A stretch of 64,000 nucleotides of DNA from Candidatus Epulonipiscioides gigas (GTDB lineage Bacteria; Bacillota; Clostridia; Lachnospirales; Cellulosilyticaceae), in the NCBI GenBank assembly GCA_001983555.1, contig LJHE01000074.1, positions 17,384 through 81,383 on the forward strand, given 5' to 3'. Position 1 is the stretch's first letter; each line of letters opens with the position of its first letter. A model generated the notes under the pieces. That model was given only the letters and a program-made list of their open reading frames with translations, was not told the origin of the DNA and made no database searches. This document shows positions 16,950 to 29,525 of the stretch, piece after piece. The translations under genes were made by a program, and so were the position numbers.

Positions 16950-17119
16950 TATAATTATACTTAAAATTAAAAATCGTAATATATAATTTCCTCCTATTTA
17001 TTATTTTTAAAAAATATATAAAAGTATATCACTTTAAATTATTAATGTCAATAAATTATATTATAATATTTTTATTATTATACAATAGTATATATTTTCT
17101 TTTATATGTTTCTATATGT

Positions 17120-17163
17120 ATAAAGTATGCAAGAAGCTCCCTCATCTTAAAGCATAAGGGAGC
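17120..17163 (-). terminator. Probable terminator of the PFK gene
   Basis: 7-bp stem gctccct/agggagc on the minus strand downstream of the stop at 17176, followed by a U-rich stretch. Confidence 0.4.
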
Positions 17164-17175
17164 AGTTTACTTGTA

Positions 17176-18354
17176 TTAAATTTTCTCTTTTCTTAATCCT
17201 AAATTAAAATCCGTAAATACTGTGAGCTCATCTCCAATTAAAGGTCTGACCCATTCAATAAATTCTTGTGTTACATCATTTCCTTTTGAATTTATAAATT
17301 CATCAGGCATAATTTTTTCACCCATCATAACTTCTTTAATAGGAATTAAAATAATTTCACATTTATAAGGGTTATTTGAAATACGTTTTACACCAACCAT
17401 CATTCCAGTTTTACCTTCTAATACAGCTTTAAGAGCTGCTCTACCAGCTTCAACTGCTTCTTGCACATCAACTGGAGATTGATTCATAATAGATGCACGA
17501 CCAGCTATTCCAGGCTTTTCACTACGAGCTTTAATTCTCAGCTCTTTAATTACAAGCGTTGCAAGATGAGTTCCTACATCTCCAAAATATGTTGCTCGCT
17601 CAGTTTTAAATATCGGAGCTGCTACTGGGTTACCCTGCTCATCTTTAAGTCCTTCGCTCACTGCAACAACAACTCCACCATGTTTTTCATGAAGTTTTTT
17701 TACATCTTCTAAAAATTCTTTTTCATTAAATGGTCTTTCTGGCAAATAAATTAAATGTGGAGCATCTCCCTCTTTCTGCCTGGCTAATGCAGAAGCCGCA
17801 GTAATCCAGCCTGCATTTCTACCCATAGCCTCTACAACAGACACATGTATTGGAAGAGATTTTACATCCTCACCAATTTCTCTAACTGTTTGAGCAATAA
17901 ATCTTGCAGCGCTTCCAAATCCTGGAGCATGATCAGTTATAAAAATATCATTATCAATTGTTTTTGGAATACCAATAACACCAATACCTTTATCTTTTGC
18001 TACTTCAAAAATTTTTCCACAAGTATCCATCGAACCATTGCCACCATTAAATAACACCCATTTTATATCATATTTTTCAAATACTTGAAGCATTCTTTCA
18101 TATTCTTTTTCATAAAGTGGAAATCTTGATGTTCCAAGTGCTGATGCTGGAGTTTTAAGTAATTTTTCTATTTCATCTTCTGGAACTTCTTTTAAATTGA
18201 TAAAGTTTTCATCTAAAATACCACTACTTCCACCAATTGCTCCATAAATTTTGTCTATTTCTGGATACTTTTTTGCTTCTGTAATTGCTCCATAAAGTGA
18301 TGCATTTATTACTGCTGTCGGACCGCCACCATGTGCTATTAATAAATTTGCCAA
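17176..18354 (-). CDS. 6-phosphofructokinase-family enzyme (ATP- versus PPi-dependence undetermined)
   Basis: PFK fold motifs are present (GGNGS in place of GGDGS; PKTIDNDI; MGR). 392 aa. Confidence 0.8.
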   Translation of the reverse strand: MANLLIAHGGGPTAVINASLYGAITEAKKYPEIDKIYGAIGGSSGILDENFINLKEVPEDEIEKLLKTPASALGTSRFPLYEKEYERMLQVFEKYDIKWVLFNGGNGSMDTCGKIFEVAKDKGIGVIGIPKTIDNDIFITDHAPGFGSAARFIAQTVREIGEDVKSLPIHVSVVEAMGRNAGWITAASALARQKEGDAPHLIYLPERPFNEKEFLEDVKKLHEKHGGVVVAVSEGLKDEQGNPVAAPIFKTERATYFGDVGTHLATLVIKELRIKARSEKPGIAGRASIMNQSPVDVQEAVEAGRAALKAVLEGKTGMMVGVKRISNNPYKCEIILIPIKEVMMGEKIMPDEFINSKGNDVTQEFIEWVRPLIGDELTVFTDFNLGLRKEKI

Positions 18355-18425
18355 ATTTAAAACCTCCCTAATTTATAATGATTGTATATTAACACAAAAA
18401 TATGTTGAAGTTCAAGGGGAGATTA

Positions 18426-18746
18426 TTAAGCTTGTGTTGTTAATTTTTCAAAGTGTGTTTTAGCAAGATTTTCTTGTTCTTGTTTTAGCATGGCTTGAAT
18501 CATTTGTAGTTCTTTTTGATATTTAAGAGCTGATTTAAAATCAAAATTATCCAGAGCTTCTTGAATTTTTCCTTCTAAATATTTAATTTGAGTTTCAGCA
18601 TCTACATAGTCGGGAATTTGCTCGAATTGTTCTTTGGTATTTTCTACTTCTTTTTTTTCATCAAGTTTATTCTCTATAAATTTGTTGCTGTTAATATTTG
18701 AATTTTTAGTAAAAATATAATGATTATTGATTGAATTAATGTTCAT
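18426..18746 (-). CDS. Small coiled-coil protein with a UVR-like motif (paralog B)
   Basis: 106 aa. The C-terminal ..IKYLEGKIQEALDNFDFKSALKYQKELQMIQAMLKQEQE resembles a UvrB/UvrC-type UVR helix hairpin. GAGG SD. Confidence 0.45.
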   Translation of the reverse strand: MNINSINNHYIFTKNSNINSNKFIENKLDEKKEVENTKEQFEQIPDYVDAETQIKYLEGKIQEALDNFDFKSALKYQKELQMIQAMLKQEQENLAKTHFEKLTTQA

Positions 18747-18795
18747 AATAAAATAACCTCATCTTTCTAATTTACACTTTTGAACACTGGTGATT

Positions 18796-19092
18796 TTATT
18801 GGATTGCAGCTGATAGTTTATCATAAAGAGCATCCGAAGTTTCTTCTTGTTTTTCTAATGATTTTAAAATCATTTGTAGTTTAAATAGCTTATCTAAATC
18901 TTTATTATTTTTACATTCTTCAATTTGTTCTTTTATTTTTTCTATTTGTTTTTTTAGATCATCTTTTTGAACTTGCTCTATAATAACAGTGTTTTTTGGA
19001 GCTACTTTTTGTTTAGGTGGTGTAGTAACTTTATCAGATTTAGTTGTGTGAACAATTGAATTTTGATTTTGTCCAACAGGATTAGTTGTCAT
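18796..19092 (-). CDS. Small coiled-coil protein with a UVR-like motif (paralog A)
   Basis: 98 aa. ..LKKQIEKIKEQIEECKNNKDLDKLFKLQMILKSLEKQEE aligns with the downstream paralog. GGAG SD. Confidence 0.45.
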   Translation of the reverse strand: MTTNPVGQNQNSIVHTTKSDKVTTPPKQKVAPKNTVIIEQVQKDDLKKQIEKIKEQIEECKNNKDLDKLFKLQMILKSLEKQEETSDALYDKLSAAIQ

Positions 19093-19274
19093 ATTGTATC
19101 TCCTTGTCTTAAATTTTCTAAAACATTATATAATATTCCTACCACTGTCTTTGTATTACTTTAATTTTATATATCCAATAATTGTTTATTGACAAATAAA
19201 ATAATCATTAGTATAATAACTGTATCGATATTTAGAATACACTTTGTACTTTGAGTACAAAAAGGATGGAATAA

Positions 19275-20045
19275 ATGAAATCTATATTAAAAGTTCAAAA
19301 TTTAACAAAAATATATAAAAATCAATCTGTTCCAAGTTTAAATAATATTTCGTTTGAAATAGAGCAAGGTGAATTTATAGGACTTATGGGCGCATCTGGA
19401 AGCGGTAAAACAACTTTACTGAATGTATCTTCAACAATAGATAAGCCTTCAAAAGGTAGAGTAATTATTGATAATATAGAAATACAAAACTTTAATTCTT
19501 ATAAAGCCTCTAATTTTAGAAAAGATAAATTAGGATTTGTGTTTCAAGAATATTTTTTATTGGACAGTCTAACTGCTTACGAAAATATTGCTGTTCCTCT
19601 TACATTATTAAAAACAGCTCCAAAAAAAATTGAGCTAGAAATTATAAAACTAGCTAAAATATTAGGAATATCTGAAATACTTAACAAATATCCAAAAGAT
19701 ATGTCAGGAGGACAACGCCAACGAGTGGCAATAGCTCGTGCTATTATAAAACAGCCACCTCTTATTTTTGCAGATGAACCTACAGGAGCGTTAGATTCTG
19801 CCTCTAGCACTGAGGTGCTAAAAACATTACAAAATGCAATACATCAACTTAATACAACAATTTTAATGGTTACACATGATCCATACTCAGCAAGTTATAC
19901 AAATAGAATTTTTTATTTTAGAGATGGAAAGATTATTAGTGAATTAAATAGAAATGGAAAAAATAGAAATGAATTTTATAATATGATAATGAACGAGTTT
20001 TTAAAACAAGATCTTAATAGAGAGGATGTACAAAATGTTATTTAA
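19275..20045 (+). CDS. ABC transporter ATP-binding protein (BceA/peptide-resistance type)
   Basis: Walker A GASGSGKTT, the ABC signature LSGGQRQRVAIARA and a Walker B LIFADEPTGALD. Confidence 0.85.
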   Translation: MKSILKVQNLTKIYKNQSVPSLNNISFEIEQGEFIGLMGASGSGKTTLLNVSSTIDKPSKGRVIIDNIEIQNFNSYKASNFRKDKLGFVFQEYFLLDSLTAYENIAVPLTLLKTAPKKIELEIIKLAKILGISEILNKYPKDMSGGQRQRVAIARAIIKQPPLIFADEPTGALDSASSTEVLKTLQNAIHQLNTTILMVTHDPYSASYTNRIFYFRDGKIISELNRNGKNRNEFYNMIMNEFLKQDLNREDVQNVI

Positions 20046-21999
20046 TATAGCTTGGAAAAATTTAAAAAATAATTTTGGATTTTACTCCTTATATTTCGGG
20101 TCAGTATCTTTAGTAATATCCATTTTCTTTTGTTTAATGTCATTTTCAAAAAACCATGCTATTTCAAATAAAATTTCTTCAAGCAGCAGAGTTGAGCTTA
20201 TGTGTAATGTAGTAGCAATATTTGTTATAGCATTTGTTATTTTTTATATGACTTATTCAAATAAATTTTTTGTAGAGCGTAGAATGAAAGAACTAGGGAT
20301 TTATTTGTTGTTAGGATATTCTAAACCTGCTATATTTTTATTGCTCATAATAGAAAATATTTTTATTGGAGCTATATCATTAATTATAGGGGTTATTTGT
20401 GGTACAATTTTGCACAAGGGTATAGTAATGCTCATTGTATATTTCATGGGCTTATCAATAGACGTGTCAAGTATAATATTTATTAATAATGAAGTTGTAC
20501 TTATAACAGCTATTTTTATTACTCTAGTAACTTTATTTGTAAATTTATCTAATGTGTTTATTCTTGCTAAAGTTTCATTACTTGATTTAGTACGTATAGA
20601 AAAAAAATTTGATAAAATAGTAACTCCAAGATTACTAACTGGTATTATAGGATTTACTTTTTTAACTCTAGGATATATGCTTGCTTTGAATATGACACAG
20701 GGCAAGAATTCTTTATGGTCAACAATAGGATTTTCACCAATGGCACTTTTAACAATATTTTTAGTAATCTCAGGAACTATTTTAGGGGTATATTCTTTTA
20801 TACCTATGTGCTTAAAATTTATTAAAAATAAATCTAAGATATTTTTTAGAGAAATAACCATTATTATCGTTCCTAAGTTTTTACAAAAAGTAAGATTAAA
20901 CTCTAAAGCTCTAATTATTTTAATTTTATTATCAGCTGGAACACTTACAATTTGTGAAGTTAGTACTTTAACTTATTGGTATCCTATTGCTAGTGTAGAT
21001 AGAATTATTGCATCAGCAATTGAATTTAAAGCTCAAAATATTGCTCAAAAAGATTTAGTTACAAATGAGTTATTAAAATATATGAATGAAAATGAATTTG
21101 AAGTTATTGATACTCATATTGTAAGAGCAACAGCGAGTTCTGAAAACTTACCTATAGAATATAGTGTTGCTCAAGATAAAGGACGTATTCCATCATTTGA
21201 ATGTATTTCTTATCAGTCTTATATAAATCTTCTTCAATCACAAGGTAAAGAAGGTAAAGAAATCTTAAATTCTAGTCTAAATGATAATGAAGTTATTTTA
21301 ATAAAATATAGAGGAGATGTAGAAAATAAAGATTTAGGTGCTATGTATTTACTAAATGGAGCTCATAATGTTAAAGTGATTGAAACAAGTCTTAATAACC
21401 CGATTGGTTTTAATACTAGTATAGGTACATTAGTTGTATCAGATAGTTTATTTGAGCAACTTACAAAAACTAATAATGAAATATTTTCAGTTATCAGTAT
21501 TAACGGAGAAAATCTAAGGAATAGTGAAATAGTTTATAATGTAATAAATGATTTATTATCAGATGATATTTATTTGGGTAGTGCTTATAAAAGAGTAAAT
21601 GACATACAAAATGAGAATAGTGTTACATTTTTACTAGTGATTTTTGCAACTGTTATTTTTCTTATTGCAATAGGAAGTATATTATATTTTCAAAATTTAT
21701 CTTCTATTATTTATAGTAAAAATGATTTTGATATTCTTGCTAAAGTGGGTTATAGTGAAGCAAAGCTTAAACATATTATTAGAAAACAAATAAGATTATA
21801 TTTTAGTATTCCTTATATAATAGGTGCTCTGCATAGTCTATTTGCAGTTATTGTTTTTAAATATGCTCTTATTAACGATATATTAGGAAATACTAATATA
21901 GTAATTATTCCTATTCTAATTGGAATAATTATTTTTTCAATAGTTTATTTTATATATTATCAAATAACAAAGTTTTCATGTTATAAAGTTATTAGCTAA
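20026..21999 (+). CDS. FtsX-like ABC permease (BceB-type, 10 TM with a large extracellular loop)
   Basis: 657 aa. Hydrophobic segment blocks at both ends flank a soluble ~200-aa insert. The start overlaps the preceding ATPase gene (translationally coupled). Confidence 0.8.
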   Translation: MYKMLFNIAWKNLKNNFGFYSLYFGSVSLVISIFFCLMSFSKNHAISNKISSSSRVELMCNVVAIFVIAFVIFYMTYSNKFFVERRMKELGIYLLLGYSKPAIFLLLIIENIFIGAISLIIGVICGTILHKGIVMLIVYFMGLSIDVSSIIFINNEVVLITAIFITLVTLFVNLSNVFILAKVSLLDLVRIEKKFDKIVTPRLLTGIIGFTFLTLGYMLALNMTQGKNSLWSTIGFSPMALLTIFLVISGTILGVYSFIPMCLKFIKNKSKIFFREITIIIVPKFLQKVRLNSKALIILILLSAGTLTICEVSTLTYWYPIASVDRIIASAIEFKAQNIAQKDLVTNELLKYMNENEFEVIDTHIVRATASSENLPIEYSVAQDKGRIPSFECISYQSYINLLQSQGKEGKEILNSSLNDNEVILIKYRGDVENKDLGAMYLLNGAHNVKVIETSLNNPIGFNTSIGTLVVSDSLFEQLTKTNNEIFSVISINGENLRNSEIVYNVINDLLSDDIYLGSAYKRVNDIQNENSVTFLLVIFATVIFLIAIGSILYFQNLSSIIYSKNDFDILAKVGYSEAKLKHIIRKQIRLYFSIPYIIGALHSLFAVIVFKYALINDILGNTNIVIIPILIGIIIFSIVYFIYYQITKFSCYKVIS

Positions 22000-22023
22000 G
22001 TTTTTTTACTTAAGTCTTGAGAA

Positions 22024-22057
22024 GCTCCTTTTTATCATAAAAAAGGAGTTTTTTAAT
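22024..22057 (+). terminator. Rho-independent terminator of the ABC operon
   Basis: ctccttttt/aaaaaggag stem, followed by ttttttaat. Confidence 0.6.
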
Positions 22058-22091
22058 AAAAAAACACTTACCCTTTAATCGGATAAGTGTT
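22050..22091 (-). terminator. groEL terminator
   Basis: 11-bp stem (one mismatch) aacacttaccc/ggataagtgtt. On the minus strand a U-run follows. Confidence 0.5.
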
Positions 22092-22105
22092 AATAGAAAA
22101 AGATT

Positions 22106-24058
<1,953 letters not shown>

Positions 24059-24071
24059 CTAATTTTTTTTG

Positions 24072-24098
24072 TTAGCAATCTCATATCATGAGTGCTAA
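24072..24098. promoter_or_regulatory. CIRCE operator (HrcA binding site)
   Basis: TTAGCAATC-N9-GAGTGCTAA matches the consensus TTAGCACTC-N9-GAGTGCTAA with one mismatch. It lies between the promoter and groES. Confidence 0.85.
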
Positions 24099-24108
24099 TT
24101 ACCATTGT

Positions 24109-24136
24109 ATTATAATATAACTATTATAAATGTCAA
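24109..24136 (-). promoter_or_regulatory. SigA-type promoter of groESL
   Basis: On the minus strand, TTGACA (complement of 24131-24136), a 16-nt spacer and TATAAT (complement of 24109-24114). The CIRCE operator lies immediately downstream. The promoter overlaps the 3' end of the ogg gene. Confidence 0.6.
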
Positions 24137-25002
24137 GCTGTTTTATTATTTTTTTTAAATAAATTATTTTCTCTTGCGTAAAAAAATAAATATTGTTGTG
24201 CAAACCCTGCTAAATCTTTAAATGTTGTTTTAGCAAATTTATCAATCTCTTCTAATTTAGTTTCTTTTCCATCAAAATAACAACCTTCTATTATTCGTTT
24301 AATCCATACATCAGTTGGAAAAACATCAGTCTTATAATATGCAAAAAGCAAAACACAATTAGCAATTTTTGGACCTACGCCTTTAATTTTTTCTAACTGA
24401 GCTCGAGCTTCGTTAGTTTCCATATTAATTAGACTTAATAAATCAACTTCATTAGAACTTAGTTTATCTATTGCATCTTTTATATAAGGAGCTCTAAAGC
24501 CTACTTTACATTCTTTCAAATCTTCTATAGTTGCTTTTTGAAGCTCCTCTAAAGTAGGAAATGCAAAATAAGTTTCAGATGATATATTTTGTTCAATAAT
24601 CTTACCAAAACGGGTAGAAATATTTTGAATACATTGCTTTATATGTGGAATAGATTTATTTTGAGATATTATAAATGAAATAAGCATTTCAAATGGATCT
24701 TGTCTTAAAATTCTAATTCCCGAACCAAAATTAATGGCATTATTCATATTTATATCTATTTGTTTTAATTCACTTTTTATATTGCTATAGTCAGTATTTA
24801 AATCTAAATAATTTCTCCAAAATGAATTAAATTCGTTTGGAGAAGTATTGTTAATTGTGATCACATTTTCTTTCTGAGCAATATTAATTAATTTATTATT
24901 AGCTATTACATTAAAATTATCTTTTGCAATTTTATAAAATCTAAAAATTTGTCCACATTCAAGAATTTGAGAAATATTGAAATCTGTAACTTGTATATCC
25001 AT
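24133..25002 (-). CDS. 8-oxoguanine DNA glycosylase/AP lyase (Ogg, HhH-GPD superfamily)
   Basis: HhH-GPD motif (LEKIKGVGPKIANCVLLFAY...D) and Ogg-like length. Confidence 0.7.
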   Translation of the reverse strand: MDIQVTDFNISQILECGQIFRFYKIAKDNFNVIANNKLINIAQKENVITINNTSPNEFNSFWRNYLDLNTDYSNIKSELKQIDINMNNAINFGSGIRILRQDPFEMLISFIISQNKSIPHIKQCIQNISTRFGKIIEQNISSETYFAFPTLEELQKATIEDLKECKVGFRAPYIKDAIDKLSSNEVDLLSLINMETNEARAQLEKIKGVGPKIANCVLLFAYYKTDVFPTDVWIKRIIEGCYFDGKETKLEEIDKFAKTTFKDLAGFAQQYLFFYARENNLFKKNNKTA

Positions 25003-25062
25003 ATTTTTTCCTTTGAATTTATTTCTAAAGAAAGTATTACCAGTTAATTTTAATTTTAAACA

Positions 25063-25689
25063 TTATTCAAAAATTTTATCATATGTCCCATTTATAAAAT
25101 TTGTCAGTATAATATAAAACTTAATATCCATTTTGATAGAGTTTTTTAAAATGTCTTGAGCTGTCTGTTTATTCACAAGATAAGGAGTAATGTCTTCATC
25201 AGGTTCTAAATTATCTATAGAAAGTTCTCCTTCACAAGTACAAAATACTAAAGCTACTGATTCGTCTGTCATCCCAGGACTTAAATATAATTTATCATGT
25301 GTAATATTTTCTAATAAATTAAGCATATTAAGCCCTGTTTCTTCTTTTAATTCTCTTTTAGTTGTAGTAAAAATATTTTCATTTTCATCTATAAGACCTG
25401 CTGGAAGCTCATATATATATTCATTAACAGGAACTCTAAATTGCTTAATAACAACTAGACTTTTAGTTGCTAAATGAAATGCAACCACAACTACTGCATC
25501 AGCTGAATCCATTTTTTTATTAAAGAAAATTTCATTTAGTTCATTTTCATTTTTTCTAGTAGAAAGCATCCAACTTTTTTTGTTTCCTTTTTTATTTTCA
25601 TAAATAATATTATACATATTTAAATACTGTGTTTGTACTAAGGATTTTAATTCTAAAATTTTCATTATAATGCTCCTTCTAATTTTCAA
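25063..25689 (-). CDS. NUDIX hydrolase (ADP-ribose pyrophosphatase-like)
   Basis: Nudix box ...TTKRELKEETGL... Confidence 0.75.
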   Translation of the reverse strand: MKIRRSIIMKILELKSLVQTQYLNMYNIIYENKKGNKKSWMLSTRKNENELNEIFFNKKMDSADAVVVVAFHLATKSLVVIKQFRVPVNEYIYELPAGLIDENENIFTTTKRELKEETGLNMLNLLENITHDKLYLSPGMTDESVALVFCTCEGELSIDNLEPDEDITPYLVNKQTAQDILKNSIKMDIKFYIILTNFINGTYDKIFE

Positions 25690-25725
25690 AAAGATAACAG
25701 ATATAAAATATCTGTCCCCAAACTA

Positions 25726-27468
25726 TCATTTATTTTTTAGAAATTCTTTTACCTCTTCAACTGTATAATGAGGGTGTTTAGCATGAATAATTGCATTACA
25801 ATTATGACAAACGGGTATGAGATCTTTTTCAGGATTAACATTTAAATTATCCCAATTTTTTTCTTTAGCCTTTGTATTATATACATCCATAAGATTTTCA
25901 AACTTATCTCCATACGTATATCCATAATCTGTACCACAAATTTCACAACTTGCTCCATAATATTCAAGACACTCTTGTTTTAATTCTTCCCATTTAATTT
26001 TTGCCTCTGCTTCTTTTTTTTGTGCTAAGTCACTAGATTTATTTGAAGTTTTAATTTCAAAAGGTTTGCGTTGCATTGTTTGAATAGCTGAAGGAGGAGG
26101 TGCAGTATTATATGAGTTTGAAAGCATACGTTCGAGCTCAATTCTTGCCAAATCTTCCATACTAGGCTCTTTTTCAAATTCAATCTCATTATCATCATCT
26201 GCAAAAAAATCATCTATAAAAGCGTCTAATTTTTCATCATCATCTAAATCATCATCATGAAAATCTTTTTTTGGAGGTTGTTCCGCTACATTATTTTTTT
26301 TACTTTTAACTAATGTAAAAGGAGAAGCATTAAAATGTGATTCTCTGTCTAAATGATTGTCTATATGACCTATTGCTCCGATTTCATGTCTATGAGACAT
26401 TGCAATATTTTTTTCTGAGGGACTGAAATAAATTGCATTATTTTTAACTACATTTAGTTTATTTGAGATATTTTTATTTGTACTTATCTCTTCATTAATA
26501 TTTTTAATTGGCTCTTTATTATATTGGTTTTCTATTTCATCTAACTTAAGCATATTCTCTATGGTTTTTACTTCTTCTTGTTCTTTTAGTTCTTCATTTA
26601 CTTCTTGTTCTTTTGGCTCTTCTTTTGCTTCTTCTATTTTAACTGTATCTATATCTTCTTGTAACATATTTGCATCTTTATCTATATTATTTTCTGAAGT
26701 ATTTAATTTTTCAGGGGCTAATATTTCACTAATAGCATCATATAAATTAGGATTTAAAACTAAATTAAAATGTTGATTATCTTGAAAATTTCCTAAAAAT
26801 AATATATTCCACCATAAGGCTTCATCTCTTTCAGAAATTGGAACTTCAATTTTAGTTTGATTTTTAATTTTTTTTGCAAGCATCGTAATTATTTCTTTAT
26901 AGGCGAATTTTACTTCTTTTAATGCCTCATTAGTAATAGCTGTTTTACCTAAATTATACATTTTTAATATCAATTCTTTATTTTTTAAAGTAAATATTTT
27001 ATCATTTAAAAATAATTCTTTCCATTGCTGTTTAGAAATATTAACAAGTTCAGTGTAATATACGTTATCAGGACTTTCTTTTTTTATTGGCATATTTTCA
27101 CTTCCTTTTTCAACTATATCAACTACAAATTCTTGTGATGGTGGTGACTCTTGTATAATTTCGCGTGGTTTATAATTGTATTCATTTAAGCGTCTAGTAC
27201 AAAAGTTAATAACATCAGGTGCTATAATTGACCTATACTTTTCATTTAATAATAGTACTTCTATGGACAAATCAAGTCGTCCCGCCTCCCAAAGAGCGGA
27301 AAAATCATTAGTGTATGATGGGGTATAAATATATTTAAGAGCTGCTTGATATCCACCATACTCATTGATATATTTAAGTAAATTTTGAGATTTGTACTTT
27401 ATTTGTTTACTTATTTGTTTATACAATATAAGCATTTCCTTACTAAATAATTCTTTTAACTTATCCAT
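25726..27468 (-). CDS. Large protein of unknown function with a C-terminal HNH-like double-CxxC zinc finger whose catalytic His-His is replaced; central acidic low-complexity region
   Basis: The start is moved to ATG 27468 (MDKLKELF..), which has AAAGGAG 5 nt upstream. C-terminus: CEICG-x32-NLNVNPEKDLIPVCHNCNAIIH, HNH-like but with 'DVYN' where 'HHI' is expected. The middle holds DDDLDDDEKLDAFIDDFFADDDNE. No match recognised for the N-terminal 250 aa. Confidence 0.55.
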   Translation of the reverse strand: MDKLKELFSKEMLILYKQISKQIKYKSQNLLKYINEYGGYQAALKYIYTPSYTNDFSALWEAGRLDLSIEVLLLNEKYRSIIAPDVINFCTRRLNEYNYKPREIIQESPPSQEFVVDIVEKGSENMPIKKESPDNVYYTELVNISKQQWKELFLNDKIFTLKNKELILKMYNLGKTAITNEALKEVKFAYKEIITMLAKKIKNQTKIEVPISERDEALWWNILFLGNFQDNQHFNLVLNPNLYDAISEILAPEKLNTSENNIDKDANMLQEDIDTVKIEEAKEEPKEQEVNEELKEQEEVKTIENMLKLDEIENQYNKEPIKNINEEISTNKNISNKLNVVKNNAIYFSPSEKNIAMSHRHEIGAIGHIDNHLDRESHFNASPFTLVKSKKNNVAEQPPKKDFHDDDLDDDEKLDAFIDDFFADDDNEIEFEKEPSMEDLARIELERMLSNSYNTAPPPSAIQTMQRKPFEIKTSNKSSDLAQKKEAEAKIKWEELKQECLEYYGASCEICGTDYGYTYGDKFENLMDVYNTKAKEKNWDNLNVNPEKDLIPVCHNCNAIIHAKHPHYTVEEVKEFLKNK

Positions 27469-27616
27469 CTTTACTCCTTTAGCTTTATTTCTATTAATAT
27501 TATAATACAATTTACTAAAAAAATGCGTAAATTTAGTGTAATTGCTTTAATTTCCAATATTTCATTTTCTATTTCTGAAAAAGAAAGCTACCAAAATATT
27601 ATTGGTAGCTTTGATA

Positions 27617-27922
27617 TTACTCTTCATCATCATTATCTTCAAAATCTTTAATTTCTAGATATTCTACGTCTAAATCGTCGTCATCTGATAAATCTTCATA
27701 AATGTCATCGTCATCATCTAAGTCGTCATCAAAGTACTCATAATATTCTTCTATATCTTCATCTTGTTTAGATTTAATATAAAGAACAAGAGCAATTAGA
27801 CCAGCAAGAACTGTGACACCTAAAAAAATAAAGTTATATTTACTACAATTTTTTTCTTTAGGATGAGCTCCTAACTTATCCTTAACTTCTTTTACGATTT
27901 TGTCCATTTCTCGTTTACTCAT
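27617..27922 (-). CDS. Small single-pass membrane protein with a poly-acidic C-terminal tail
   Basis: 101 aa with one TM (FIFLGVTVLAGLIALVLYI), then 45 aa that are about 65% D/E. The gene is upstream of, and co-oriented with, the HNH-like gene. Confidence 0.5.
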   Translation of the reverse strand: MSKREMDKIVKEVKDKLGAHPKEKNCSKYNFIFLGVTVLAGLIALVLYIKSKQDEDIEEYYEYFDDDLDDDDDIYEDLSDDDDLDVEYLEIKDFEDNDDEE

Positions 27923-28045
27923 ATGGTAGCTCCTTCAAAAAATATTTATTAATAGTGTTACTTTTTTTATAAAAAATATACATCGTGTAATTTAACTAAG
28001 AATATCATTTATAAAATAAATGTGCAAGTAGTTCGCTCGATTTTT

Positions 28046-29509
<1,464 letters not shown>

Positions 29510-29525
29510 TTACATATTCCTCCAA

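Noticed and set aside
20301-20861. 186-aa minus-strand ORF
   Set aside because: It lies antisense inside the FtsX-like permease gene and is hydrophobic only because it mirrors TM codons.
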